Part shown: positions 7,558 through 15,496 of the stretch, in pieces
Numbering within the stretch: the first letter of the stretch is position 1
Layout of the letters: every line of letters begins with the position of its first letter
DNA from: a virus
Taxonomy: Duplodnaviria > Heunggongvirae > Uroviricota > Caudoviricetes
Reading direction: 5' to 3' (one strand)
DNA length: 26,776 nucleotides
IMG/VR virus record: IMGVR_UViG_3300037258_000549
Location: 64,001-90,776 of that record
Notes under the pieces: model-generated
Told to the model about the DNA's origin: nothing
Databases searched by the model: none
What the model saw: the letters and a program-made list of their open reading frames with translations, nothing else
Translations under genes and position numbers: made by a program

Positions 7558-7587
7558 AGCCTATGTAGTCAATCCGTCAGAAGTCAA
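7558..7587 (-). promoter_or_regulatory. Leaderless promoter for the double-HNH gene
   Basis: Minus strand TTGACT-N18-TAGGCT-N6-ATG(7551). Overlaps an 11-bp direct repeat AGTCAATCCGT at 7567 and 7582. Confidence 0.6.
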
Positions 7588-7605
7588 TCCGTTAACCGCA
7601 TGTCA

Positions 7606-7629
7606 CCCGTGGCCTTCAGTGGAGCCGGG
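7606..7629 (+). promoter_or_regulatory. Bulged hairpin motif, copy B, in the tail-tube leader
   Basis: CCC-GT-GGC-CTTCAGTGGA-GCC-GGG, ending 32 nt before the tail tube start. Confidence 0.45.
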
Positions 7630-7661
7630 CATTCCTCAGTTAACAGAAGGAGTGTTCGAAA

Positions 7662-8114
7662 TTGAGCCGTATCCATGGAAGAAATGGCATCGCTTACGTT
7701 GCGGTGACCGGTAACGGGACGGGGCTAACGACCGACGTAGCATCACCGATGGCGTTTTTGAGTGACTGGAGTATCAACTTCACCGTGGCGAAGGTGGACG
7801 TCACGGCGATGGGTGACCAGAACCTTATCTGGGTGGCCGGGCTGCCGGATGCCTCCGGTGACTTCTCCGGCTTTTACGACACTGCTACCGCGCAGACCTA
7901 TGTTGCGGCGACAGACGGCTTGCCGCGGTACTTCTACTTGTACCCGTCTACGCTGGCAGCGCAAGGGTCAGCCCCGGGTCAGTATTTCTTCGGGACCATT
8001 CTTCCTGACTATGCGCTGGCCGGCGGTGTGTCTGCCTCGGTCAGCCTGAAATCCACCTGGAACGCATCGAGTCGCATCCAAAGATACCCTGCAGTGGGTA
8101 TTGCTGGCACCTGA
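7662..8114 (+). CDS. Major tail (tube) protein
   Basis: 150 aa, TTG start with SD AGAAGGAG. RIHGRNG...WSINFT...VDVTAMGD...VAGLPDASGDFSGFYD pattern; sits upstream of chaperones and TMP. Confidence 0.85.
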   Translation: MSRIHGRNGIAYVAVTGNGTGLTTDVASPMAFLSDWSINFTVAKVDVTAMGDQNLIWVAGLPDASGDFSGFYDTATAQTYVAATDGLPRYFYLYPSTLAAQGSAPGQYFFGTILPDYALAGGVSASVSLKSTWNASSRIQRYPAVGIAGT

Positions 8115-8131
8115 TTCTAATCCCCTCATTC

Positions 8132-8174
8132 GTGCCGGGAAAGCGGAGTACCACCCACTGTGCTTTCCCGGCAC
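8132..8174 (+). terminator. 13-bp perfect stem-loop after the tail tube gene (attenuator or mRNA stabiliser)
   Basis: GTGCCGGGAAAGC (8132-8144) pairs with GCTTTCCCGGCAC (8162-8174); no clear U tract. Confidence 0.55.
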
Positions 8175-8210
8175 CACCAAAATCCATCAACCTGATACGG
8201 GACGGTTCCG

Positions 8211-8495
8211 ATGGCAAAGCACGTCAACGGCGACGATACGCGCCGGGTACACGATGGCGATACGGCCCGCGACCTTGATGAAACGCGGCGGCTGCTTTAC
8301 ATGGCGCTGGTGACCGGCAAGACCAAGCGGTACAACCTAGCAGGCACGCTAATCAATGCGTTGCGCCATCATCAGGGGGTAACCGACCCGGACCTGGAAG
8401 AACAGGTCGTTGCCCAGGTGGAGGGTACGTCAGCGGACGAGGCCTGGGCACGCCGGGTAATCAGCCGGATCACCACCGAGCTGGGGGAGGCGTAA
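8211..8495 (+). CDS. Hypothetical protein
   Basis: 94 aa with GC3-rich codons; its stop overlaps the next start (TAATG). Confidence 0.65.
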   Translation: MAKHVNGDDTRRVHDGDTARDLDETRRLLYMALVTGKTKRYNLAGTLINALRHHQGVTDPDLEEQVVAQVEGTSADEAWARRVISRITTELGEA

Positions 8496-9097
8496 TGCCT
8501 GACCTGGAAGCGGACTACGAGATCGACTTCGACGACGAGCCGCTGCCGAGGCTGGAGCCGCCGCACCCGCGGCTGCCGTCCACCCCGGACCGGGAGCTGG
8601 CCGTGGTGCAGGCCCGCGCGGCCAAGGCGGAAGGCGCCAAAGTCGCCGACGGCACGGTGATCGACGCCGGCAAGGTCGAACTGCTCGGCCGCCAGTTCCG
8701 CATCGCGGAGAAAATCGGCCTGATGCCGCTGCTGAAGTTCGCGTCCGCCTCCGACATGACCACTGATGACCCGCGGGCGCTGTCGGCCGTTTACTCGCTG
8801 CTCAAAGACTGCATCTTCGAGGGCAGTCCCGGTTGCGGCGAGTGCGCGTCGTGCACGGCCGACGACGAAAAGGCCTGCAAATCCTATGACAAGGGCGACT
8901 GGGCCGACTTCGAGCGGCACGCGATGGACACTAAGGCAGACGCCGACGAGCTGCTGTCAGTGATTACCCAGGTACTAGAGGTTGTCTCCGGGCGCCCTAC
9001 GAAGCCGCCCGCTGGCTCCTCGCCTGGTCGGCGCGCAACGCGGCGCGTCTCGACGGGGAATTCCTCCGCCGGACGGGGCAGGGCATCGAAACGCTGA
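8495..9097 (+). CDS. Tail assembly chaperone (gpG-like)
   Basis: Lies between tail tube and TMP; acidic; ends GRPTKPPAGSS..., typical of actinophage chaperones. Confidence 0.75.
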   Translation: MPDLEADYEIDFDDEPLPRLEPPHPRLPSTPDRELAVVQARAAKAEGAKVADGTVIDAGKVELLGRQFRIAEKIGLMPLLKFASASDMTTDDPRALSAVYSLLKDCIFEGSPGCGECASCTADDEKACKSYDKGDWADFERHAMDTKADADELLSVITQVLEVVSGRPTKPPAGSSPGRRATRRVSTGNSSAGRGRASKR

Positions 9098-9360
9098 CTG
9101 TCCGGCAGCTGCTCAACCTGGCGGCGGCGACGGTGATGCAGGGCATGAACGCGGACCAGGTCCAGGCGTTCGAGGAGGAAATCGGCATGCAGCCCGACCC
9201 GGTGAAAGAGGCGCAGGCGGCGCTGCGGGCTTATCAGCAGGCGGCCGGCATCGTGGTCGAAAACCCGGACGCGCCGGTGGCTCCCGATGCCAAGTCGGTG
9301 GCGGCGGCGCAAGACGAGGAGGTCAAGGGCTCGTACCTGGGCGGGGCACGCCGTGGCTGA
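8495..9360 (+). CDS. Frameshift-extended chaperone (gpGT-like), about 288 aa via a -1 frameshift
   Basis: The -1 frame is open from about 8935 to 9360 and reads PYEAARWLLAWSARNAARLDGEFLRRTGQGIETLTVRQLLNLA...; no obvious start/SD before the protein-like stretch. Candidate slip site CGC-CCT-ACG at 8993-9001. Confidence 0.6.
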
Positions 9361-9718
9361 CGCCTACAGTGTGCATCTTTCCGAAGCAGCCATTTACGAT
9401 CTTCTTAACGGGATGAACGGCCCGGTGGCTCTCCTGCTGGACACGCTGAGTGAGCAGGCGGCCTCGGTCGCGCGGGCGAACGTGCCCATTCGGAAGACGC
9501 GGCTCGGCGGAAGCCAGCGGAGTACCTCTTTTCCGCCGGGCTACACGCTGGAGTCCATCCACTCCAACGTGCACTGGTATAACGGGCTGATTTACGGCGG
9601 GATTGCTGCGGTGGAGTTGCCGACCATTTTTCTCGAATACCCGGCATCGCAGATGAAAAGGTCATACCCTTTTATGAGTACTGCGTTCGACTCTATAGCG
9701 CTGGACCTGCTGGAATAA
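9353..9718 (+). CDS. HK97 gp10-like tail-completion/neck protein
   Basis: GTG at 9353 overlapping the upstream stop. A..ARANVP.RKT...TLESIH...TIFLEY...YPFM pattern resembles gp10-like proteins. Confidence 0.55.
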   Translation: MADAYSVHLSEAAIYDLLNGMNGPVALLLDTLSEQAASVARANVPIRKTRLGGSQRSTSFPPGYTLESIHSNVHWYNGLIYGGIAAVELPTIFLEYPASQMKRSYPFMSTAFDSIALDLLE

Positions 9719-9764
9719 GAGAATATGTTCGAAGACTAGGAGTGGCGAGGGGAGGTGAAAACTA

Positions 9765-12700
9765 ATTCCGATTACGCTCGGCGACGCCTGGATTAACATT
9801 GCGCCGCAGGATAACGCCTTCCGGACGAAGCTACTGACCCTGGTTAAAACGGCGATGACCGGTATTGACGTTAACGTGCCGCTCAGTGCGGACCCGGCCA
9901 AGCTGGACGCGGCCGTCGCGGCAGCGGCAGCGAAGGTAGCGGGGCTGCGGCAGGCACTGTCGGGACTGCAGATCAACGCCGACGCCACCGCGCTGACCGC
10001 TAAGATCTCCGGGCTGCAGGCGCAGGCGGTGAAGCTGGCCAACGCGATGCAGCACATGGACCTGGACGTGGACATCCAGGCGGCAGCGGACAAGATCCTC
10101 GCCATTACCGCGGAAATCAAGGTACTGCAGAGCGAGCTGCTGGACCTGAAGATGGACGCGGACACGACGGCGCTGATGACCAGGCTCACCGTCGCCGAGG
10201 CGGAGCTGAACGCGGTCACCAAGGCCCGCGACATCCTGATCAATGTGGACGAGAGTGCCGCACTCAATAGGCTGGCCACCTTGAAGGCAGTGCTGAGCAC
10301 CCTGCAGCAATCGATTGCCGAGATTCACCTTGACGTCAATGACACGGCCGGGCTGGCGAAACTAACCGCGTTCCAGGTCCAGGTGGACGCGATGACTAAG
10401 AAAATCAACAGCCTCACCGTGGACGTGAATATCGCGCCGGTCGTAGCGCAGCTGCTCGCCTTGCAAGCGGCGGTCGATGCGTTTAAGGGCTCGTCGGTGG
10501 AAGCGGCTACCGCAGCCGGGTTGTTCAACGACTCTATCCGCGCCGGGCTGCCGGTGGTGGACGGGTTCAGCCTCAGCCTGCGCAACGGCGGCCTCAACCT
10601 GGGTAACCTCACCGGGCACGTTCAGCTGTTCGCCGGCGCGCTGACCGGCCTGCTGCCGACGTTCGTCGCCTCCGCGTCCGGGTTCCACATCGTGGCCGAC
10701 GCCGCGGTGGAGATCATCGCGACGCTCGGCCCGGCCCTTATCGCGCTGGGCGCATTCGGTGCCTCCGCCGTCGACACCGTCGATGAGATCTACAACCACT
10801 TCGTCAACCTGGACAAGGTCTCCGATGAGCTGAACACCACGCTCTACCCGCTGACCGGCGCGTTCTCTGCGATGAATAAGGCTGCCCAGCCGCAGGTGTA
10901 CGTGCTGCTCGGCGAGGGGCTGAAAATCATCTCGGCGAACGCGGGCGTGCTGGCCACCGTGGCGCAGCAGGCGGGCGGCTTCATCGACCAGCTCGGCGCG
11001 CGGATTACTAACGCGGTAACCAGCGGAGACGGCTTCAACATCTTCGTGAAAAACGCGGCCAACGACCTGCTGGGCTGGGGCAACAACATCGGGGACATCT
11101 TCGGCATCCTCGGCAACGTGCTCAAGGTGATGCCCGGGTACGCCCAGATCATCCTGAACATGACCGGCACCGTGCTGCAGCTAGTGGAGGCCTTTACCGG
11201 CTCGGGTGTCGGCCAGGCGATCATCGGGTTCGGGCTGGCCTTCCACGGCGCCCTGCTGTACATCGGGCTGCTCAGCACGGCGGCGTCGGCGCTGATCTCC
11301 AAGGTACTGCCGCTGCTTGCCACCGGCATTGAGACGGTGGCTAAGGGCTTCGCGGCGATCGGCGCGGAAAGTGCCGCCGGGGCGATGGCCGGGTTCAGTG
11401 TCGCAGCTGAGGACGCTGCCACGCTGCCGTGGGGCTGGATTACGCTGGCCGCGGCCGGTATCGCCGTACTGGTCTACGACTTGCTCAACGCGAAAACTGC
11501 GGCGCAGCAGTTCGCGGACGCGATCCAGAAAACCATCACGGCTGTCAAGCTGTCAGACCTTGGCAGCACGATAACTAGTGATATCCACAATTACGCTACC
11601 GCGCTCCAGGAGGCAACGGCCCAGACGGCCCAGCTCCAGGCGGCCTCAGCGCACGTTCAGCTCGTCGATGCCGGTAAGAGTACTCAGCAGGTAGTCACTT
11701 ACTCAGCGGCCACGTACGCGTCCATGCAAAACGTAGCTGACTACGCTGCCGCACTCAAGCTCGCCCAAAACGACCAGACGATTTACAACGCTAACCTGGA
11801 CATGGCGGCCGAGAAGCTCGGCGGGACCAAGGCGGCGCTGGCCGCGCTGACCGGGGCCGGGATTACCAGCACCCAGATGCTCACCACCAGTAAGTCGCAG
11901 ATGGCGGAAAACATCATCGAGGCGCAGGCCTACAACGAGGCCATCAAGGCGGTCACCAACGGCACCGGGCAGGAGGCGGCGGCGCTGAACGCGCTGTCCG
12001 GGCCGGAGCAGTACCTGGGCGACATGCTCAAAAACATCGAGTCGATCACCGCGGCGCAGGACAAGCTGATCACCGTGGTGACCGAAAGCGAGAGCGCGTT
12101 CGACACTTTCGCGCTCGGCACGCAGACCCTCGGCACCGACATGGCCGGCACTGGCGCCAAGGTGACCGACACCCTGGGTCATATCTCGGTGCAGAGCAGC
12201 GGCGCGGCCAGTGCCATCGGCGGGCTAACTAACGCTGACCTGAACCTGAACCAGGCGTTCTACGACCAGATCACCAACGCCCAGAAGGTCATCGACGCGC
12301 TGGAGCAGCAGGAGACCTCCGCTAAGAATATGTCGGCGGCCACCGCCACGCTGGCCCAGCAGATGCTGCCGTTCGCGCAAAACAACAACGCGGCCCGCGC
12401 GTCCATCGTGGCGATGATCAACGACGCGATCGGCCCTGGCACCGTCAGCCTGAACTCGCTGAACGGCTGGGTGGCTAAAAATGCCACCACGATGCAGGGC
12501 TTCCAGAACATCGTGAACGGCGCGACGATCAAAGCCGGCCAGCTGGCCAACGTGCTGCAAGGCGACCTGAACCCGATGATGGCCGCCAGCATCATCGCGG
12601 CGGACGGCGGGCAGAAGGCGTTCGACAAATTCGCCACGTCGATACAAAGCGGCGACACGTCAAGCACCGGGTTCCAGAAGTCCGCCGAGCAGGTCATCAC

Positions 12701-15407
12701 CACCCTGCTGGCATCCGGGCTGAATGCCGACGCGGCGAAGACCAAGTTCATTGACTACGCCACTTCGCTCGGCCTGGGTACCGCAGCGGCCGGCGGCCTG
12801 TGGAACGCGCTGAGTAAGCAGCTGCTCGACCAGGCCTCGACGAAGGCGGGCGAAACCGAAACCCAGTTCATCCATCTGGCCGCCCAGCTGGGGCTCACCA
12901 CCACCCAGGCGGAGGACATGTGGACCATGCTGGGCAAGCAGCAGCTCGACACCACCGCCAGCAAGGCACTGGCCGCTAAAAACCAGTTTTACGCGCTGGC
13001 CGAGCAGTTCAACCTCACGTCAACGCAGATAAGCGACCTGTGGACGTTCTTCTCCAAGCAGCTGCTGGACCAGACGACGCTGAAGGCGGGCGAAACCAAG
13101 ACCGGGTTCTTCAACCTGGCCAGCCAGCTGGGCATCACCGGGACCCAGGCGCAGAACCTGTGGACAACGCTGTCGCACCAGCTGCTCGACCAGGCGGCGA
13201 CCAAGGCGGGCGAGACCAAGGGGGAGTTCGACAAGCTGGCCACGTCGATGAACGTCAGCACCACCTGGGCCGATAACTTGTGGAACTCGCTGCACAAGCT
13301 GCCCGCGAAAGTCGGCACGGAATACACCATCACTGGGCACGGGACCGGCCAGGTTTCGGCGTCTGAGAATATCCTGGGCGAGCAAGTCAAGACGATCGGG
13401 AACCTGATCTTCGTGGCGGGCGGCGGGAAGATTCCCGGCCACGGGTCGGGCGACACCGTGCACGCGATGCTTACCCCCGGTGAAGTGGTGGTGCCGAAAG
13501 GCATGGTGGCGGCAGGCGCCGTCGATCACCTGAAAGGCAAGCTGCCCGGGTTCGCCAGCGGCGCGTTCATCGGCCCCGGGGCCAGTTTGCCGGGTGCCAG
13601 CGCGGCCCAGGGGCTGGCGGCCGGCAGCAGTACCACGTTCCTCAAGGACGCCACCAATGCGGGCGCGCCGGCCCTGATGGCCAAGTTCCTGGCCGACACC
13701 GCCGCCGCGGTGACCGCCCAGCAGGTAGCGGCAGCAGCGATCGGGGCTACCGCGGCGGCCGGTCCCGGGGGAGGAGCCCCGGCCGCGAACGCGGCACTGG
13801 CTAAGCGGCTGTACCCGGCCTGGTCGGGCGGCTCAGCCTGGAATGCCTGGAATGCACTAGAGCTTTCAGAAGCCGGCTGGAATCAGTTCGCCACCAACCC
13901 CAGTTCGGGAGCCTACGGAATTCCGCAGGCATTGCCACCGACAAAGATGCCCTTTGCCGCGCAGGCAGCCGGCGGTTCTAATCCGACCGCGCAAATCAAC
14001 TGGATGGTAGATTACATATTGTCAACGTACGGCAGCCCGGAGGCGGCTGAAGCGCACGAGCAATGTGTACCGCTAACCGCGGAAATTCTCACGCGACGCG
14101 GCTGGCTGACTTACGATCAGATCCGCGCGGGTGACGAAACAATCGGATTTAACCCGGTATCCGGGCGTAGCGAGTGGACAACGGTTGAGCAGACGCACGT
14201 TTATGAGGACGCCCCGCTTGTTCGGCTTACCAATAAGACGTGGGCGGCAACTTGCACGCCGCAGCACCGCTGGGTGGCGAAGCACTGGTACCAGAACCCG
14301 TCGAGGGTCGCCGATGAGTTTGTCGAGGCGGGGCGCATCACCTCACGGCACGCGCTCCGCGTCGCCGCTGAAGCTGATACCGGAGGCGGTCCGGCGATCA
14401 GCGAGCGCGAGGCCGAACTGCTCGGGTGGGTCCTCGGTGACGGATCTGTGGCTTACCCGAAGCGACGACCTACCGACTCAGGAACGTCTCCGTCCATCCG
14501 GCTGTACCAAGCCAAGCCCGAGCACGTCGCAGCGATCGATGAGCTGATTGAAGGGCTGATGTTCAACCGAATGGTCCGCGTGATGAATAAGCCCGACGGC
14601 AGGCCGGGATTGCCCTTGGTGACCTGGCAGTTTACCTTTGGCTACTCGGCCGAGCTGCTGAAGCGCAGCGGGTACGACCATAAGAACCCGGTGCCGTTCG
14701 TACTGTCCTTGTCGCCGGAGCAGCGGGAGGCGTTCATGCGCGGCGTTTTCAGCGCCGAAGGCAGTTACGCCGGAACCGGTGAAGGCTTTGCTGAGCGGGG
14801 GTACCACGGGTACCCGCGTACGAAGGTCTATGCTCAGAATGACGGCCCGCAGCAAGATGCGATCACCCTCGGTGTTTACCTGTCGGGTCACCGTCCGGGC
14901 ATCTCGGAGTTGGACCATCGGGGCCGGAAAATCGGGCGCTGGACAGTCAGTACCACTGGTGCTGTTATCCGGGAGACGAAGCCGTCTATCGGCGGGGAGA
15001 GCGTTAAGCGCGAGGACGCCGGGCGCGGGCCGGCCTGGTGTCCTACTACGGGACTTGGTAGCTGGACCATGCGACAGGGCCGCCAGGTCATGCTTACCGG
15101 AAATTCTTATCATTGGTATAAGCAGGGCGGAAAGGTCCGGCTGCCTAAGAGTAGCTCCGCGCGCCGGTATGACAGCGGCGGCTGGCTGCCGACCGGGGCG
15201 AGCGTCGCGGTTAACAACACCGGGTCGCCGGAACGGGTGACGCCGGGCGGCGGGAGCGGCAAGCTAAGCCCGGACGCGCAGGCGATCGTCGCGGCCCTGC
15301 AAGAGAACACCGCTGCCGTTCAGGGGCAGGGCACGAGCTTCAGCCGGGCGCTGAATACGGCAAGCAGCGCGGCGGCCTTCAGAGGATCGTATTCAAATCG
15401 CAGATAA
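9765..15407 (+). CDS. Tape measure protein with C-terminal lytic transglycosylase domain and intein
   Basis: Long Ala-rich helical and hydrophobic ORF, Trp-anchored repeats, GDTVHAMLTPGE motif and SLT-like domain. The frame extends 30 codons upstream of ATG 9855 to ATT 9765, which follows GGAGGTG by 7 nt. Confidence 0.9.
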   Translation: MPITLGDAWINIAPQDNAFRTKLLTLVKTAMTGIDVNVPLSADPAKLDAAVAAAAAKVAGLRQALSGLQINADATALTAKISGLQAQAVKLANAMQHMDLDVDIQAAADKILAITAEIKVLQSELLDLKMDADTTALMTRLTVAEAELNAVTKARDILINVDESAALNRLATLKAVLSTLQQSIAEIHLDVNDTAGLAKLTAFQVQVDAMTKKINSLTVDVNIAPVVAQLLALQAAVDAFKGSSVEAATAAGLFNDSIRAGLPVVDGFSLSLRNGGLNLGNLTGHVQLFAGALTGLLPTFVASASGFHIVADAAVEIIATLGPALIALGAFGASAVDTVDEIYNHFVNLDKVSDELNTTLYPLTGAFSAMNKAAQPQVYVLLGEGLKIISANAGVLATVAQQAGGFIDQLGARITNAVTSGDGFNIFVKNAANDLLGWGNNIGDIFGILGNVLKVMPGYAQIILNMTGTVLQLVEAFTGSGVGQAIIGFGLAFHGALLYIGLLSTAASALISKVLPLLATGIETVAKGFAAIGAESAAGAMAGFSVAAEDAATLPWGWITLAAAGIAVLVYDLLNAKTAAQQFADAIQKTITAVKLSDLGSTITSDIHNYATALQEATAQTAQLQAASAHVQLVDAGKSTQQVVTYSAATYASMQNVADYAAALKLAQNDQTIYNANLDMAAEKLGGTKAALAALTGAGITSTQMLTTSKSQMAENIIEAQAYNEAIKAVTNGTGQEAAALNALSGPEQYLGDMLKNIESITAAQDKLITVVTESESAFDTFALGTQTLGTDMAGTGAKVTDTLGHISVQSSGAASAIGGLTNADLNLNQAFYDQITNAQKVIDALEQQETSAKNMSAATATLAQQMLPFAQNNNAARASIVAMINDAIGPGTVSLNSLNGWVAKNATTMQGFQNIVNGATIKAGQLANVLQGDLNPMMAASIIAADGGQKAFDKFATSIQSGDTSSTGFQKSAEQVITTLLASGLNADAAKTKFIDYATSLGLGTAAAGGLWNALSKQLLDQASTKAGETETQFIHLAAQLGLTTTQAEDMWTMLGKQQLDTTASKALAAKNQFYALAEQFNLTSTQISDLWTFFSKQLLDQTTLKAGETKTGFFNLASQLGITGTQAQNLWTTLSHQLLDQAATKAGETKGEFDKLATSMNVSTTWADNLWNSLHKLPAKVGTEYTITGHGTGQVSASENILGEQVKTIGNLIFVAGGGKIPGHGSGDTVHAMLTPGEVVVPKGMVAAGAVDHLKGKLPGFASGAFIGPGASLPGASAAQGLAAGSSTTFLKDATNAGAPALMAKFLADTAAAVTAQQVAAAAIGATAAAGPGGGAPAANAALAKRLYPAWSGGSAWNAWNALELSEAGWNQFATNPSSGAYGIPQALPPTKMPFAAQAAGGSNPTAQINWMVDYILSTYGSPEAAEAHEQCVPLTAEILTRRGWLTYDQIRAGDETIGFNPVSGRSEWTTVEQTHVYEDAPLVRLTNKTWAATCTPQHRWVAKHWYQNPSRVADEFVEAGRITSRHALRVAAEADTGGGPAISEREAELLGWVLGDGSVAYPKRRPTDSGTSPSIRLYQAKPEHVAAIDELIEGLMFNRMVRVMNKPDGRPGLPLVTWQFTFGYSAELLKRSGYDHKNPVPFVLSLSPEQREAFMRGVFSAEGSYAGTGEGFAERGYHGYPRTKVYAQNDGPQQDAITLGVYLSGHRPGISELDHRGRKIGRWTVSTTGAVIRETKPSIGGESVKREDAGRGPAWCPTTGLGSWTMRQGRQVMLTGNSYHWYKQGGKVRLPKSSSARRYDSGGWLPTGASVAVNNTGSPERVTPGGGSGKLSPDAQAIVAALQENTAAVQGQGTSFSRALNTASSAAAFRGSYSNRR
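12798..13300 (+). repeat. 40-aa (120-nt) tape-measure repeats
   Basis: Trp codons at 12801, 12921, 13041, 13161 and 13281; unit LW..LSKQLLDQ...KAGET...F..LA.QLG.T.TQA. Confidence 0.9.
13790..15120 (+). other. SLT/lysozyme-like peptidoglycan hydrolase domain of the TMP, split by the intein
   Basis: EAGWNQFATNPSSGAYGIPQALP...NPTAQINWMVDYI.STYGSP...HEQ, then the intein, then SYHWY. Confidence 0.8.
14064..15104 (+). mobile_element. Intein (347 aa) with LAGLIDADG-type homing endonuclease
   Basis: Block A CVPLTAEILTRRGW, block B CTPQHRW, endonuclease motifs LLGWVLGDGS and AFMRGVFSAEGS, C-terminal WCPTTGLGSWTMRQ...LTGN, followed by Ser (+1 nucleophile). Confidence 0.93.
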
Positions 15408-15435
15408 CTGTTAGATACTGTTAAAAATAAGTTCT

Positions 15436-15465
15436 ACCGAGGCCGCCCTGCCAGCGGAGCCGGGT
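15436..15465 (+). promoter_or_regulatory. Bulged hairpin motif, copy C, upstream of the Dit-like gene
   Basis: ACC-GA-GGC-CGCCCTGCCAGCGGA-GCC-GGGT, preceded by an AT-rich stretch containing TAAGTT. Confidence 0.35.
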
Positions 15466-15496
15466 CCCATTCAGCAGTAAGGGATTTCCGGCTACC

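Noticed and set aside
6664-7665. 333-aa + strand ORF
   Set aside because: Antisense shadow of the clear double-HNH gene; no recognisable motifs.
9831-15310. Numerous minus-strand and alternate-frame ORFs within the TMP
   Set aside because: Typical shadows of a high-GC3 gene; none has motifs or an SD.
224-15407. Diversity-generating retroelement, retron or other reverse-transcriptase system explaining the repeats
   Set aside because: No reverse transcriptase motifs in any ORF and no template/variable repeat pair differing at adenines. An enzyme outside the window cannot be excluded.
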